Counted from the first letter of the stretch, positions 38,510 through 50,270 are shown. The stretch is 64,000 nucleotides of DNA from Alphaproteobacteria bacterium (GCA_964291415.2 OZ219918.1:672001-736000); one strand, 5' to 3'. The notes: a model not told the origin generated them from the letters alone. Translations and numbers: made by a program.

Positions 38510-39502
38510 ATGAAACGGGTCTTTTCCGGCGTTCAGCCGACCGGCAACCTTCACCTTGGCAACTACCTCGGCGCTCTCAAGCGCTTCGTGGCCATGCAGG
38601 ACGACTACGAGTGCATCTACTGCATCGTCGACCTCCATGCCCTGACCATGCCCTGGGATCCCGATCAGCTGCGTGACGCGACGCGGGAGGTGGCGGCGGG
38701 CTTCATGGCCTCGGGGCTCGATCCGGAACGCTGCGTCGTCTTCAACCAGAGCCAGTGTCCGATGCACCTGCGCCTGCAGTGGATTCTCGCCTGCCTGACG
38801 CCGCTCGGGTGGCTCAACCGCATGACCCAGTTCAAGGAAAAGGCCGGCAAGCAGAGGGACAACGCGAGTCTCGGCCTCTACGGCTATCCGGTTCTCCAGG
38901 CTGCCGACATCATCGGTTACCACGCCACCCATGTGCCGGTCGGCGCCGACCAGAAGCAGCACCTCGAGTTGTCCCGCGACATTGCCGGTGCCTTCAACCA
39001 CACCTTCGGCGTCGATTTCTTCCCGCTTCCGGAGGCCGTCATCCTCGGCGAGGCCACGCGCGTCATGTCGCTGCGTGACGGCCGTTCCAAGATGTCGAAA
39101 TCCGATCAAAGCGACTACTCGCGCATCAATCTGACCGATGACAGGGACACCATCGCGCTCAAGATCCGCAAGGCGCGCACGGACAGCATCATGGGCGTCT
39201 CGTTCGACCCGGAGAACCGGCCCGAAGCCTCCAATCTCGTGACGATCTACGCGTCACTGGCCGGGGTGAGCCGGGACGCGGTGCTGGACGAGTTCCGGAG
39301 CGCCAGGTTCAGCGACTTCAAGGCCCGTCTCGCGGACCTCGCGGTGGAGACCCTGGGACCGGTCGGCGAGGAGATGAAGCGGCTGTCGGCGGACCCGGGC
39401 TATGTCGACAGCGTGTTGCGCGAGGGGGCGGACCGGGCCCGGGCCATCACCGAGCCGATCCAGAAGGAGGTCGAGGAGCTCACAGGCTTCCTGGTGCCGT
39501 GA
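38510..39502 (+). CDS. trpS: Tryptophan--tRNA ligase
   Basis: [26 protein letters not shown]. Confidence 0.97.
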   Translation: MKRVFSGVQPTGNLHLGNYLGALKRFVAMQDDYECIYCIVDLHALTMPWDPDQLRDATREVAAGFMASGLDPERCVVFNQSQCPMHLRLQWILACLTPLGWLNRMTQFKEKAGKQRDNASLGLYGYPVLQAADIIGYHATHVPVGADQKQHLELSRDIAGAFNHTFGVDFFPLPEAVILGEATRVMSLRDGRSKMSKSDQSDYSRINLTDDRDTIALKIRKARTDSIMGVSFDPENRPEASNLVTIYASLAGVSRDAVLDEFRSARFSDFKARLADLAVETLGPVGEEMKRLSADPGYVDSVLREGADRARAITEPIQKEVEELTGFLVP

Positions 39503-40151
39503 TCGATCGCTGCCGGCGCCGGGCGGTGAGGAACACGGGCTCCCGGCCTTGCGCCCTGGCCTTGGCTTCGTAGCGTGTCGTCGGCCAGTCGGCCGGACGA
39601 TGATGAGACCACCGCAGGTCCTTCCTGCCTTCGAGCGCCTGCTTCATGTCGAGAGCGTACTCCTCGATGTCGGTCGCCAGGCGCAGTTCCCCGCCGTCGA
39701 CGAGGAGATCCGAGAGCCGCGCCATGCTCGCCTGGTTGATGAAGCGGCGCTTCCTGTGGCGCGCCTTGGGCCAGGGGTCGGGGAAAAGAACGAAGATGCG
39801 TTCGAGGCAGGCGGGCGCAAGGGCCGCGAGAAGCGCCGTGACGTCCGCGTCGAAAATCCTGACATTGGCAAGGCCGTGACGCTCGACAAGGTCCAGCAGG
39901 TTCGCCACGCCGTTCAGCCACACCTCGGCGCCGATCAGCGTGACCTCGGGATGGCGTTCCGCCTGCCAGGCCAGGTGCTCGCCGCCGCCAAACCCGATTT
40001 CCAGCCAGAGCCGTTCGCCGAACTCGTGATCGGGTCTGCCGTCCTCGCCGACGACAACCCGCAGTTCCGGCAACAACGTATCGACCAGGGCCTGGCGACG
40101 GGGTGAAAGCCTGCGCCCCCGGCGGCGTCCCCAGGTCTGCCCGCCGGTCAG
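39480..40151 (-). CDS. trmB: tRNA (guanine-N7)-methyltransferase
   Basis: [32 protein letters not shown]; start uncertain (CTG at 40151?). Confidence 0.9.
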   Translation of the reverse strand: MTGGQTWGRRRGRRLSPRRQALVDTLLPELRVVVGEDGRPDHEFGERLWLEIGFGGGEHLAWQAERHPEVTLIGAEVWLNGVANLLDLVERHGLANVRIFDADVTALLAALAPACLERIFVLFPDPWPKARHRKRRFINQASMARLSDLLVDGGELRLATDIEEYALDMKQALEGRKDLRWSHHRPADWPTTRYEAKARAQGREPVFLTARRRQRSITAPGSL

Positions 40152-41335
40152 GAGAAGGCGTTCCTCAGGTCGCCGGCAAGATCGGTCCTCTCCCAGGAGA
40201 ATCCGCCGTCGGCCTCCGCCTCGCGCCCGAAGTGACCATAGGCCGCCGTGCGCTCGTAGATCGGCCGGTCGAGACCGAGGTGATTGCGGATGCCGCGGGG
40301 GGTGAGGTCCATGACCTGCCGCAGCACCTCCTCGAGGCGCCGTTCGTCGACCTCGCCGGTGCCGGCGAGATCGACATAGAGCGACAACGGATCGGCGACG
40401 CCGATGGCGTAGGCCACCTGGATGGTGCAGGTGTCGGCCAGCCCCGCTGCGACAACGTTCTTTGCCAGGTAGCGGCAGGCGTAGGCGGCAGACCTGTCCA
40501 CCTTGCTCGGATCCTTGCCCGAGAAGGCGCCGCCGCCGTGGGGTGCGGCGCCGCCGTAGGTGTCGACGATGATCTTGCGGCCGGTCAGGCCGCAGTCGCC
40601 GTCGGGGCCGCCGGTGACGAACTTGCCGGTGGGATTGACGTAGAAGCTCTCGTCCGGACACATCCACCCCTCGGGAAGAACGCCGACGACATGGGGTCTG
40701 ACGATCTCGCGGACCGCATCCTGATCGAGCGCTTCGTCATGTTGGGTCGAAACGACAACGGAGGTGGCATGGACCGGACGGCCGTTCTCGTAGGCCAGCG
40801 TCACCTGGCTCTTTGAGTCGGGTCCCAATTCACGCGCGGCGCCGTTATGGCGCGCCTCGGCCAGAGATTTCAGAATACGGTGCGCATAGTGAAGGGGCGC
40901 CGGCATCAGCGATTCCGTCTCGTTGCAGGCGTAACCGAACATGATTCCCTGATCGCCCGCTCCTTCCGCCCGGTTGCCGGAGGCATCGACGCCCTGCGCG
41001 ATGTCGCCCGACTGGGCGTGGAGCTTCACGGTGACCGAAAGGTGACGCCAGTCGAACCCCGGCTGTTCGTAGCCGATGTCCCTCACGGCATTGCGCGCCA
41101 GCGCCTCGACCTTCTCCTGCAGGCGCTCCGGCTGCATGAGGTCTCCCGGTCCCCGGACCTCGCCGGCGACGACGACGGTTCCCGTGGTGGCAAGGGTTTC
41201 GCAGGCCACCCGCGCATGCACGGGGTCGGCGGCAAGGAAGGCATCGACAACGGCATCGGATATCCGGTCGCAGACCTTGTCCGGATGGCCTTCCGACACG
41301 GATTCGCTCGTAAACAGGTAATCGCTCCGGGGCAC
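40148..41335 (-). CDS. metK: S-adenosylmethionine synthetase
   Basis: [28 protein letters not shown]. Confidence 0.97.
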   Translation of the reverse strand: MPRSDYLFTSESVSEGHPDKVCDRISDAVVDAFLAADPVHARVACETLATTGTVVVAGEVRGPGDLMQPERLQEKVEALARNAVRDIGYEQPGFDWRHLSVTVKLHAQSGDIAQGVDASGNRAEGAGDQGIMFGYACNETESLMPAPLHYAHRILKSLAEARHNGAARELGPDSKSQVTLAYENGRPVHATSVVVSTQHDEALDQDAVREIVRPHVVGVLPEGWMCPDESFYVNPTGKFVTGGPDGDCGLTGRKIIVDTYGGAAPHGGGAFSGKDPSKVDRSAAYACRYLAKNVVAAGLADTCTIQVAYAIGVADPLSLYVDLAGTGEVDERRLEEVLRQVMDLTPRGIRNHLGLDRPIYERTAAYGHFGREAEADGGFSWERTDLAGDLRNAFS

Positions 41336-41550
41336 GGCCGGCCTCCCCTTTGACATGAGAACAAGGGCGCATGCCCTCGTGGCCAAGACACTTACCAAAG
41401 GCTGATTGATAATCAAGGACGACGCCACGCCTGAGGAGTTTTGATCTGGATGACCTGGCGACCGGGATACGATTGGTCACCCGTGTCCCGGGATTCGTCC
41501 TTGTGCCGTATCGCGGCCAGCGTGACAGGAGCCTCGCTGCTTGACGCGCG

Positions 41551-41946
41551 TCAATGACCTGGCAGCAGGTCGATGTCACTGCACCGCAGCAACCGGGTGT
41601 CCGCCGTCACCAGTGTCAGGCTGCAAACCTTGGCAGTGGCGACAAGGAAACGATCCGCAGGATCCTGGTGCGCGTGGTCCACGTTGCGGCTGGCGGTCGC
41701 CACATCGATGGTGAGCGGAGCCTCGGTAACAGGGGAGACCGACATCGCCTTGCGAAGCCATCGTAGGGGATCGGTGTCGAGCACGACCCGGCCGCGTTCG
41801 GCAAGAAGCAGGGCTTCCCACACGCTGATGGGGGAGAGAAGGAGCTCGTTCTCACCGGATTGCAAGGCATGCCTGGCGGAATCGCCGAGCCGGTCCGGGT
41901 CGAGAAGACTCCACAACCAGATGTGTGTGTCGAGCAGCAGCCCCAT
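41551..41946 (-). CDS. vapC: VapC PIN toxin
   Basis: LLLDTHIWLW, SPISVWE, HQDPADRFLVATA, LVTAD. Confidence 0.9.
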   Translation of the reverse strand: MGLLLDTHIWLWSLLDPDRLGDSARHALQSGENELLLSPISVWEALLLAERGRVVLDTDPLRWLRKAMSVSPVTEAPLTIDVATASRNVDHAHQDPADRFLVATAKVCSLTLVTADTRLLRCSDIDLLPGH

Positions 41947-42183
41947 CTACCTGAGAACATCCCATTCCGCGAGGTCTGCCGCCGGTGCGACGAGATCGTC
42001 GCGGATCTCGCCGTCGTCCCGCATCGCGCCGAGCCATTCTCCGGCCGGCGATGGCGGCGGCGGCACAATCTGGGCGACCGGCTTGCCGAAACGGGTGACC
42101 AGAACAGGTTTGCGAGACCTTCCCACCCGGTCGAGAACGGCCAGGCAGGTCGCCTTGAACTTCGAAATCTGAATCTCTTCCAT
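41947..42183 (-). CDS. Phd/YefM antitoxin
   Basis: ISKFKATCLAVLDRV...VLVTRFGKPVAQI. Confidence 0.9.
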   Translation of the reverse strand: MEEIQISKFKATCLAVLDRVGRSRKPVLVTRFGKPVAQIVPPPPSPAGEWLGAMRDDGEIRDDLVAPAADLAEWDVLR

Positions 42184-42390
42184 GGAACTGTTTGTACTAT
42201 GGTCTGAGTCCATGGTCGCAACAATACTGTCGGACGTGATGCGTGCCAGATCATCGGCAGACCGGCTCTCATCACTGCGTCGTGAACGAAGATGTGTCTG
42301 TCGCGCGATCCGGCTTGGAGGACGCCCGACTCCCGCTGTCCGTCAGGGCGCGGTGGCCGCTCTCCCCCTGCTATGCGGCCGGGTCGGTCG

Positions 42391-43944
42391 TCAACGCCGA
42401 ATCAGGGCGGCGGCGATGAAGGCGAGGCCGGGCAGCAGGATGACCAGCAGGGTCCAGTTGCCGTAGCGGGACCACGGCGTGGGGTGTTCGAGGGGGGCGG
42501 GCAGGGCGGCGTCGAGGATGCCGCTGTGGCCGAGCGGCATGCTCGCCACCACCCGGCCAAGGGGATCGATCACTCCGCTGATTCCCGTGTTGGCTACGCG
42601 GACGACGGGAAGCCCCTGTTCCACCGCGCGCAGTCGGGCTGCCTGGAAGTGCTGATAGGGGCCGCTCGATACGCCGAACCATGCGTCGTTGGTGATGTTG
42701 AGGAGCCACCGTGGCGGACGAGCCGGATCCGTGATACCCGTGGAAAAGATGATCTCGTAGCAGATCAGCACGCCGAAGTCCGGCAGGCTCGCCACCTGGA
42801 TCGTGGCCGGTCCCGGGCCCCGTCCCATATCGCGTCGGCCGGGAACGATAGTGTCGATGGGTAGGATTCCGCGCAACGGCACGTACTCCCCGAACGGCAC
42901 CAGGCGGTACTTGTCATGGAGGGTCACAGGTCCCTTGCCGGAGAAGACAAGGAGGCTGTTGCGCGCCTCGAGCGCGCCGTCGGCTCCAGGGACGGCGCGG
43001 ATGGCGCCCGCCATGATGACTCCTCCCGGCGGGGCCGCGGCGGCGAAGGCGGACATAACGGCAGGCTTGCCGAGGAGCGTGTGGGGAATGGCCGCCTCCG
43101 GCCAGATGATGGCAACGGGAGGCTCCCCGGCCGGCGCCAGGGAACTCAGCGCGACCTGGCGGGCAAAGTGGTCCTCGAGGAGCGCCCTCTCCCACTTCAG
43201 GTGCTGTTCGATGTGTGGCTGGACAAGGCGCAACATCGGACCCGGCGAGTTGTCCCTGTTCTGAAGGCGCAGTTCTCCGGCCGCCCAGGCCAGGGCGATG
43301 ACGGCGATGGATACCCCGAGCCCGCCTGCCGCACGTCGGGGAGTGAAGCGGCCGGCCGGCGCCACGGCGGCCGGCGCGAGGCTCGCGACGAGGACGATGG
43401 CGCCCAGCAGCCAGGGCCCGCCCAGGGCGCCCCCCTGGATGAGGCTGTCGGAGAGAGCCAGCGAGGAGCCCACGAGATTCCAAGGGAATCCCGTCAGTAA
43501 CCAGCTGCGAACCCATTCCAGGACCAGCCATGCGACGCCGAGAGCGACGATCCTTGCGCGTCGGCCCGGGATCATGCCGGCGAGGCCCGCCGCCGCCGCC
43601 GGAAAGAGACCGAATCCGGCAGCGATGGCGAGAAGGGCCAGGGGATAGAGCCAGGCGTGCCGCTCCGGATCCACCAGCAGGGCGTTGGCGATCCAGTAGA
43701 ACGCCGCAGCGGAAAATCCGCAGCCGAACCACCAGCCGTCCAGGAAGGCGCCGGCGCCGCGCCGGTGACCGGAGATGAGCCATGCGAGTCCGCTGAAGGC
43801 GACCACGGCGCCCGGCAACAGGTGAAAGGGAGGGAGCGCTGCCGCCAGCACGGCGCCCAGACCAAGGGCCGTCAGCCGGCGGCGCCAGCCGGTGAGGGCG
43901 GTCAGCCGCAGAATGCCATCGCTGTCAACCGCGCTGGCCGGCAC
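42391..43944 (-). CDS. lnt: Apolipoprotein N-acyltransferase
   Basis: TGFPW, IWPE, DKYRLVPFGEY, ICYE, TNDAWFG, RAVE, NTGIS. Confidence 0.95.
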   Translation of the reverse strand: MPASAVDSDGILRLTALTGWRRRLTALGLGAVLAAALPPFHLLPGAVVAFSGLAWLISGHRRGAGAFLDGWWFGCGFSAAAFYWIANALLVDPERHAWLYPLALLAIAAGFGLFPAAAAGLAGMIPGRRARIVALGVAWLVLEWVRSWLLTGFPWNLVGSSLALSDSLIQGGALGGPWLLGAIVLVASLAPAAVAPAGRFTPRRAAGGLGVSIAVIALAWAAGELRLQNRDNSPGPMLRLVQPHIEQHLKWERALLEDHFARQVALSSLAPAGEPPVAIIWPEAAIPHTLLGKPAVMSAFAAAAPPGGVIMAGAIRAVPGADGALEARNSLLVFSGKGPVTLHDKYRLVPFGEYVPLRGILPIDTIVPGRRDMGRGPGPATIQVASLPDFGVLICYEIIFSTGITDPARPPRWLLNITNDAWFGVSSGPYQHFQAARLRAVEQGLPVVRVANTGISGVIDPLGRVVASMPLGHSGILDAALPAPLEHPTPWSRYGNWTLLVILLPGLAFIAAALIRR

Positions 43945-44797
43945 GTCTCACGCGCAGACGCTTGATATGCCGTGGATCGGCATCGACGATTTCGAACTCG
44001 AGCCCTGACGCGTGAGCGATGATCTCGCCTCGCATCGGAATGCGGCCGGCCATCGTGTGGACGAGTCCGCCGACGGTGTCGATGTCCTCGTCTCTCGATT
44101 CGTCCTGGAGCGTCGAGCCTGTCATGGCCTCGAGTTCGCTGACCGGCGCGCGGGCATGGGCGTCGACGACGCCGCCGGGCTGCTCGACGAGAAGAACCCC
44201 GTCCTCGGCATCGTGCTCGTCCCAGATTTCGCCGACGATGGGTTCCACGAGGTCCTCGATGGTGGCGAGGCCGTCGATGCCCCCGAATTCGTCGACCACC
44301 AGCGCCAGATGCGTGCGGGCCGTGCGCATCTTGATGAGAAGATCGACCACCGGCATCGACGGGGGAACGAAGAGGACGTCGCGCACCAGGCTGGCAAGGC
44401 TGGGCACCTGCCTGTCCTCGGGCAGTCCCCAGTGATCGAGGAAGTCCCGGACATGGACCATGCCGATCGGGTCGTCGAGGGTCTCGCGGTAGACCGGCAA
44501 CCTGGAGTGTCCGGTATCGCGCATGATCTCGACGACCTCGGCGAGCGTCGTTGCCTCTTCGACGGCGACGATATCGGCATGGGGCACCATGACGTCGTCG
44601 ACCGTGAGCTCGCCGAATCGCAGAAGATTGGACAGCATCGAGCGCTCGGCATCGGAGAACTCCGTCTCGCTGCCGTCGCCGGCCTCGAGAAGCTCCTCGA
44701 CGGACTCCCTCAGGGTGTCGCCGTTGCGGCCGCTGACCAGGCGGCGCAACCAGCCGGCAAGGCCTGAAACCGGTGTCTGGGGCGATCGGTTGTTCAC
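43925..44797 (-). CDS. corC: HlyC/CorC CBS-domain protein
   Basis: HSRLPVY, VVDEFGG, TIEDLVE, DTVGG. Confidence 0.9.
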   Translation of the reverse strand: MNNRSPQTPVSGLAGWLRRLVSGRNGDTLRESVEELLEAGDGSETEFSDAERSMLSNLLRFGELTVDDVMVPHADIVAVEEATTLAEVVEIMRDTGHSRLPVYRETLDDPIGMVHVRDFLDHWGLPEDRQVPSLASLVRDVLFVPPSMPVVDLLIKMRTARTHLALVVDEFGGIDGLATIEDLVEPIVGEIWDEHDAEDGVLLVEQPGGVVDAHARAPVSELEAMTGSTLQDESRDEDIDTVGGLVHTMAGRIPMRGEIIAHASGLEFEIVDADPRHIKRLRVRRAGQRG

Positions 44798-45339
44798 GGA
44801 GTGTCCAGGAGGTAGGGGTCGGGGATGCCGAGGGTCTCGAGCACGGCGCGCTCCAAGTCCTCCATCACGCCGGCTTCCACGTCCGTCTCGTGGTCGTAGC
44901 CAAGCAGATGAAGGGTCCCGTGAACGGCGATGTGGGACAGGTGATCGGTGAGTTCCAGGGCCCGGCGGCGCGCCTCGTCGACGACGGTTTCCCGGGCGAT
45001 GACGATGTCGCCCAGGAGAATGTCGCTGCCGGGCGGAGAACCGGCGGGACGCCGCAGCCGCGTCCCCGGGGAGCGGTTGTCGCTGGGGAACGACAGAACG
45101 TCCGTCGGCTGGTCGATGTGCCGCCAGCGGCCGTTGAGATCGGCCAGCATGCGGTCGTTTGCCATGACGACCGCCACGTTGACAGCCTCCCCGGAACAGG
45201 CGAACTGAAGCGCTCTCGTGCAGGCCCGCTCCACGACGTCGTCGGCCCCGGGCAGATCACTCAGCCAGGCCCCGTCCGCGACCGTGACGTCGACATGTGC
45301 CGTCCCGGATCGACTGCAGGCGCCGTCGTCTCCCGTCAT
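44794..45339 (-). CDS. ybeY: rRNA maturation RNase YbeY
   Basis: PTDVLSFP, LGDI, HGTLHLLGYDH. Confidence 0.95.
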   Translation of the reverse strand: MTGDDGACSRSGTAHVDVTVADGAWLSDLPGADDVVERACTRALQFACSGEAVNVAVVMANDRMLADLNGRWRHIDQPTDVLSFPSDNRSPGTRLRRPAGSPPGSDILLGDIVIARETVVDEARRRALELTDHLSHIAVHGTLHLLGYDHETDVEAGVMEDLERAVLETLGIPDPYLLDTP

Positions 45340-46304
45340 GGCGCCTCCCGGCGATCGTCCGCATCCCAGGCGCGGACGATCTTCGCCACGAGCGGGTGCC
45401 GGACGACGTCGACATCGGTGAACCTGACGACCTCGATGTCTTCGACGGATTCGAGGATGCGCACCGCATCCGCCAGTCCGGAAACCTGGCCTCGAGGCAG
45501 GTCGACCTGCGTGAGGTCGCCGGTGACCACCATGCGCGCGTTCTCGCCAAGGCGGGTCAGGAACATCTTCATCTGCATCCGCGAGGTGTTCTGGGCTTCG
45601 TCGAGTATGACAAAGGCGTTGGACAGCGTCCGCCCGCGCATGAAGGCCAGCGGCGCCACCTCGATGTCGTCGGACGCCAAGCGACGATTGGCCTTGTCGG
45701 CCGGCATGGTGTCGTAGAGCGCGTCATAGAGAGGGCGAAGGTACGGGTCGACCTTTTCGCGCAGGTCGCCCGGCAGGAACCCGAGCCGTTCACCGGCTTC
45801 CACCGCCGGACGCGACAACACGATGCGATCCACGTCGCCCGACTCCAGCATGGCGACAGCGACGGCGACGGCAAGATAGGTCTTGCCCGTTCCGGCCGGG
45901 CCAAGCGCGAACACCATGGACGATGACGACAGGGTCTTGAGGTAGCGCGCCTGGTTGAGGGTACGCGGCGTGATGCGCCGCCGCGAGGTTTTCACCACGG
46001 TATTCGAGATCGACGGATCGCCCGCCATGCGGAGCATGGCCTCGACTTCGGCGGGCCCGACCGTGAGACCGTCCTTGAGGCGCCCGTAGAGACCGTTGAG
46101 AACCAGGACGGCCGTTCCGGCCGGTTCCGAAGGCCCGGCAATGCTGACCTGATTGCCGCGGCAGGTCAGCGAGACGCCGAGTTCCTGTTCGATGCGTACG
46201 AGGTGGCAGTCATGCCAGCCGTAGAGGGAGGCCAGCAGGTCGTTGTCCTCGAAGGCCAGAACGCGTGGCGCCGGGGCCTCGTCGCGGACCGGAGGAGACG
46301 TCAT
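45336..46304 (-). CDS. phoH: PhoH-family ATPase (YbeZ)
   Basis: GPAGTGKT, RPAVEAGERLGFLPG, FMRGRTL, DEAQN. Confidence 0.95.
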   Translation of the reverse strand: MTSPPVRDEAPAPRVLAFEDNDLLASLYGWHDCHLVRIEQELGVSLTCRGNQVSIAGPSEPAGTAVLVLNGLYGRLKDGLTVGPAEVEAMLRMAGDPSISNTVVKTSRRRITPRTLNQARYLKTLSSSSMVFALGPAGTGKTYLAVAVAVAMLESGDVDRIVLSRPAVEAGERLGFLPGDLREKVDPYLRPLYDALYDTMPADKANRRLASDDIEVAPLAFMRGRTLSNAFVILDEAQNTSRMQMKMFLTRLGENARMVVTGDLTQVDLPRGQVSGLADAVRILESVEDIEVVRFTDVDVVRHPLVAKIVRAWDADDRREAP

Positions 46305-47638
46305 CAGGCTGCCAGCATCCCGGCCATGCTGTTGGGCCGGGCCTCGGTGAGGGTGACATCCATCAGCGATCCGAGGTGGCGTTCACCGGCATCGACGTGT
46401 ACGGCCTGGAGCCAGGGGCTGCGGCCCACCAGCTGGTGGGAATGCCGCCCCCTTCGCTCGAGAAGCACCGGAACCGTATGGCCGACGGTGGCGCGATTGA
46501 ACGTGTCCTGCTGGTCTCTCAGCAGGCGCTGCAGAATTCCGAGCCTCTCTGCCTTGACGTCGTCGGGCACCTGTCCGTCTGCCGCCGCCGCCGGGGTTCC
46601 GGGGCGCGGGCTGTACTTGAAGGAGAAGGCCGAGGCATAGGCGACATCGCGCACCAGCGAGAGCGTGGCGGCAAAGTCGGCATCGCTTTCGCCGGGGAAG
46701 CCCACGATGAAATCCCCCGATATGGCAATGTCGGGCCGCGCCTCGCGAACGGCCGCGATCACCGCGAGGTAGTCGGCCGTGGTGTGACGCCGGTTCATCG
46801 CCTTCAGAATCCGGTCGCTGCCCGACTGTACAGGCAGGTGGAGGTACGGCATCAGGCTGTCGATCTCGCCATGGGCGCGGATGAGGTCGCCGGACATGTC
46901 CAACGGGTGGGATGTCGTGTACCGGATGCGCCTGAGGCGATCGAGCGATGCCAGTTCGCCGATCAGACGCGCCAGGGTCCATGGTCTGCCGTCGGTGCCC
47001 TCGCCGTGCCACGCATTGACGTTCTGTCCGAGGAGGACGACTTCCACCACGCCCGTTGCCAGCAGTACCCTCGCCTCGTCGAGAATGTCACGGGCCGGCC
47101 GCGAAAACTCCGCACCGCGGGTGTAGGGAACCACGCAGAAGGTGCAGAACTTGTCGCATCCCTCCTGGATCGACAGGAAGGCGACACGACCGGCACCCGG
47201 GCGCCGTGACGGCAGGTCGGTGAAGCGGTCCCGAGCCGGAAAGTCGGTGTCGATCACCGTGCCGCCTTCGTTGGCGTGGCGCGTGATCAGGTCGGGCAGG
47301 CGATGATAGGTCTGGGGTCCGACGATGACATCGACTACGGGTGCCCGCCGGGCCATTTCCTCGCCTTCGGCCTGGGCGACACAACCGGCCACCGCGATCA
47401 TGAGATCGCCGCCGGCCTCGCGTTTGCGCTCCTTGAGCGCGCGCAACCGTCCCAGTTCCGAATAGACCTTCTCGGCGGCCTTTTCACGGATGTGGCAGGT
47501 GTTGAGGACGATCATGTCGGCGTCCTCGGCCGATTCCGTTTCCCGGTAGTCCAGGCGTGCCAGGACATCCGTCATGCGACCGGAGTCGTAGACGTTCATC
47601 TGGCAGCCGTAGGTCTTGACGAAGAGTTTCTTGGACAA
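46304..47638 (-). CDS. miaB: tRNA methylthiotransferase
   Basis: [35 protein letters not shown]; TTG start inferred. Confidence 0.96.
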   Translation of the reverse strand: MSKKLFVKTYGCQMNVYDSGRMTDVLARLDYRETESAEDADMIVLNTCHIREKAAEKVYSELGRLRALKERKREAGGDLMIAVAGCVAQAEGEEMARRAPVVDVIVGPQTYHRLPDLITRHANEGGTVIDTDFPARDRFTDLPSRRPGAGRVAFLSIQEGCDKFCTFCVVPYTRGAEFSRPARDILDEARVLLATGVVEVVLLGQNVNAWHGEGTDGRPWTLARLIGELASLDRLRRIRYTTSHPLDMSGDLIRAHGEIDSLMPYLHLPVQSGSDRILKAMNRRHTTADYLAVIAAVREARPDIAISGDFIVGFPGESDADFAATLSLVRDVAYASAFSFKYSPRPGTPAAAADGQVPDDVKAERLGILQRLLRDQQDTFNRATVGHTVPVLLERRGRHSHQLVGRSPWLQAVHVDAGERHLGSLMDVTLTEARPNSMAGMLAA

Positions 47639-47732
47639 GCGCGTCCGGATGTTCCGCTGACTGTCGAAAGGGCGCGGGGGCCCCTGGCAGTTGTGCAACC
47701 TTGTCCAATTTTCCCTGGAACCCCGATCGCTG

Positions 47733-48590
47733 TCAATGACTTCGTGCGCCGCCCTCGGGTCGGCTCTCGCCGGAGCGCCTGGCGAGCTTGCGCAGACGCC
47801 GCCTCCGGCGCGGCGGCAGCCGGCCGGCAAGAGCCAGCGAGTGGCCCTCGCGGACGGCCGCCTCGCAGTGACGCGCCAGGGAGCGCCGGTGACCGCCGGT
47901 TTCGGTGATGGTCGTCGCCGGATGGAACTGGACGATGACCGTCACGACTCCCGCCTTCAGCATCTCCCACATGTGAGGAAGAAGATCCATGTCCCCGTAC
48001 CAGGCATAGAGCGGACGCATTTCACGGTCCATCGGCAGGTTGGAAAAGCGGGTGTAGGAAATGGACACGGGCTGGACGGTCACTTCCCTTCCCCTCACCT
48101 GATTCTGGGCCGAGGCGAAGAGCGCGCTCTTGAAAGGGAGAATCCTGTTGCCGTCGCCGGTGGTGCCTTCCGGAAACAGGATCAACTGCTCGCCCGCTTG
48201 CAGGCGCTCGCTGACGGCATCCATGTGCTGGCCGATGCGGGTCCGGCGCCGGTCGACGAAGACGGTGCGCTGCAGCTTGGCGAGCAGACCGAAAAACGGC
48301 CAGGTGCCGACCTCCGCCTTGGCGACGAAGCTGCCCCGGATGAGGGCGCCGAGAATGGGAATGTCGAGATAGGATGTGTGGTTGCACACATAGAGACAGG
48401 GACGATGACGGCAGGGGCCACCCCTGACGTCGAGGTTGAGGCCGATCAGCCGCAGGCAAATGCGGTGATAGAACTGCGGGAAGGCGTGGCGGGCCCGGCG
48501 TCCCGCTGCCAGCAGCACGAACTGCACCGGTATGCAGATCAGAGTCCAGCCGACATAGAGCACCGCGCGCGCAAGACCGACGGAGATCAT
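47733..48590 (-). CDS. olsA: Lyso-ornithine lipid / lysophospholipid acyltransferase
   Basis: NHTSYLD, FVAKAEV, FPEGTT; adjacent to olsB-like gene. Confidence 0.82.
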   Translation of the reverse strand: MISVGLARAVLYVGWTLICIPVQFVLLAAGRRARHAFPQFYHRICLRLIGLNLDVRGGPCRHRPCLYVCNHTSYLDIPILGALIRGSFVAKAEVGTWPFFGLLAKLQRTVFVDRRRTRIGQHMDAVSERLQAGEQLILFPEGTTGDGNRILPFKSALFASAQNQVRGREVTVQPVSISYTRFSNLPMDREMRPLYAWYGDMDLLPHMWEMLKAGVVTVIVQFHPATTITETGGHRRSLARHCEAAVREGHSLALAGRLPPRRRRRLRKLARRSGESRPEGGARSH

Positions 48591-49411
48591 GCGCCGCCAG
48601 GTCCGGTCTCGTCATCGCCACGGTAGCGGCGGCCGTACCGGTCCTCCACCACCGACACGTCGAGAAGGACGCAGACATCCGTGGTGTTGAACTGGTGATC
48701 GATGACCGCGCCGTCGCCAAACCGGCAGCCGGCCCGTGCGTAGCCCTTGATGAGCGGCGGCAGACTGGCCAGGCCCTCGGCAGCATCGAATGTGCCGGGG
48801 TCCAGCCGTTTCATGTCGACGTAGAGATGATCGAGCGCGCGGGGGCGAAGAGCGGCAGGGGCGGCGAGATGGTAGGCCATGTGGGAAAGCGGCAGGGCGA
48901 GACTGTCGGGGTCAGTGCCGTGGAGGCTGGCGCAACCGAACATGTACGAGATTCCATGCTGCACCACGTAGGCGCCGAGGCCCCGGAACAGGGCCTGGAT
49001 GGCGGCCCCGGCCCGGTAGTTCATGTCGACGCAACTGCGTCCGAGCTCCACCAGCTCACCATCGATGGCAAGCAGGCGCGAGATGTCGAACTCGCCCGCC
49101 GTGTAGAACGTGCACGTGTGCCCCAGGGTCGATCGACGCAACAGTCTCATGGTGGCGACAACGGCGGCGTCACCACCTCGCGTCGTGTCGCGCACGATGA
49201 GGTGTTCGCAGATGTCGTCGAATGTGTCGAAGTCCCGTTCCAGCTCGCTCATTCGGGGTGTGGGGCGGGCCTTCATTTCCTTGTAGAACACGCGGAAGCG
49301 CAGCCGCTGCACGGCCTGGAGTTCCGCCTCGCTGTCGACGAGGCGCAGTTCCAGAGGCCCGAGCCTGAGCCCTTTCGACAGTGCGCCCTGGTCGCGGGAC
49401 CCGGAAATCAT
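48587..49411 (-). CDS. olsB: Ornithine N-acyltransferase (GNAT)
   Basis: QRLRFRVF, DTFDDICEHL, ELGRSCV, LPPLIKGY, FNTTD. Confidence 0.88.
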   Translation of the reverse strand: MISGSRDQGALSKGLRLGPLELRLVDSEAELQAVQRLRFRVFYKEMKARPTPRMSELERDFDTFDDICEHLIVRDTTRGGDAAVVATMRLLRRSTLGHTCTFYTAGEFDISRLLAIDGELVELGRSCVDMNYRAGAAIQALFRGLGAYVVQHGISYMFGCASLHGTDPDSLALPLSHMAYHLAAPAALRPRALDHLYVDMKRLDPGTFDAAEGLASLPPLIKGYARAGCRFGDGAVIDHQFNTTDVCVLLDVSVVEDRYGRRYRGDDETGPGGA

Positions 49412-49432
49412 GGCTGAAGCGAGTTGCCGCAG

Positions 49433-49858
49433 TCAGGTGTCGGAACCGGACTTCAGCGCCCGTCCGTAGAGCTCCATGCGATGATCGATCAGATCGTAGC
49501 CCAATCGTTTCGCTATCTTGACCTGGAGCTCCTCGAGTTCGGGGTCCAGGAATTCGACGACCGCGCCGGTGTCGATATCGATCAGGTGATCGTGGTGCTC
49601 ATCCTGGTCGGCAGGTTCGTAGCGGGCCCGCCGGCCCCCGAAGTCATGGCTCTGGATGATTTCCGATTCCTCGAAGAGGCGAAGCGTGCGGTAGACTGTC
49701 GAAATGCTGATGCGATCGTCGATTGCCGATGCGCGGCGATAGACTTCCTCGACATCCGGATGGTCGTCCGAATCCGAAAGCACCCTGGCGATGACACGGC
49801 GCTGCTCGGTCATCTTGAGGCCCTTGTCGAGACATGCGTGTTCGATCTGTGAAGTCAT
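49433..49858 (-). CDS. fur: Fur-family regulator
   Basis: MTEQRRVIA, DHPDVEE, STVYRT, HHDHLID. Confidence 0.93.
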   Translation of the reverse strand: MTSQIEHACLDKGLKMTEQRRVIARVLSDSDDHPDVEEVYRRASAIDDRISISTVYRTLRLFEESEIIQSHDFGGRRARYEPADQDEHHDHLIDIDTGAVVEFLDPELEELQVKIAKRLGYDLIDHRMELYGRALKSGSDT

Positions 49859-50150
49859 GGTGCGGGCGCGAACCGGAACAGCATGACACCGGTCCGCATG
49901 TGTCCTTCATCGTGTGTGGTTGCGGAACAGTCTAGACCAAAGGACGCGGCAGCGCCATGGCTTGACAGCCTGACTGTCGGCGTGAAGCGTGCCCGACGCG
50001 CAGGATCAGGACGACGGCCAGCAGTCATTGCCCGATCATTCTTGAGACCCGGACCATCGTGAAGAACCCGCCGAGGCGCTGACCAGGCACTCTCCGCCCG
50101 ACGACGTACACCCGCGCAGGCCAACGGTTTACACGAAGGACGGTCCCCAG

Positions 50151-50270
50151 GTGATCCCGACGACCCGCGAGACCACGGCCCTTCTCACGCTCTCGCCCAG
50201 CATGCAGCGACTTCGGGTGAAAAGCGGAGGGCCTCGCTACCTCCGGGTCGGGGGAGGGTTCGATACGCCG
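50151..50270 (+). pseudogene. Degenerate excisionase-like HTH
   Basis: TTRETTALLTLSP...RLRVKSGGPRYLRVG, resembling the 9030 HTH. Confidence 0.4.

Noticed and set aside
41340-41545. SAM or SAM/SAH riboswitch upstream of metK
   Set aside because: CCTGTCAC is present on the minus strand, but I could not find the rest of the consensus or its pairing partner; needs an Rfam scan.
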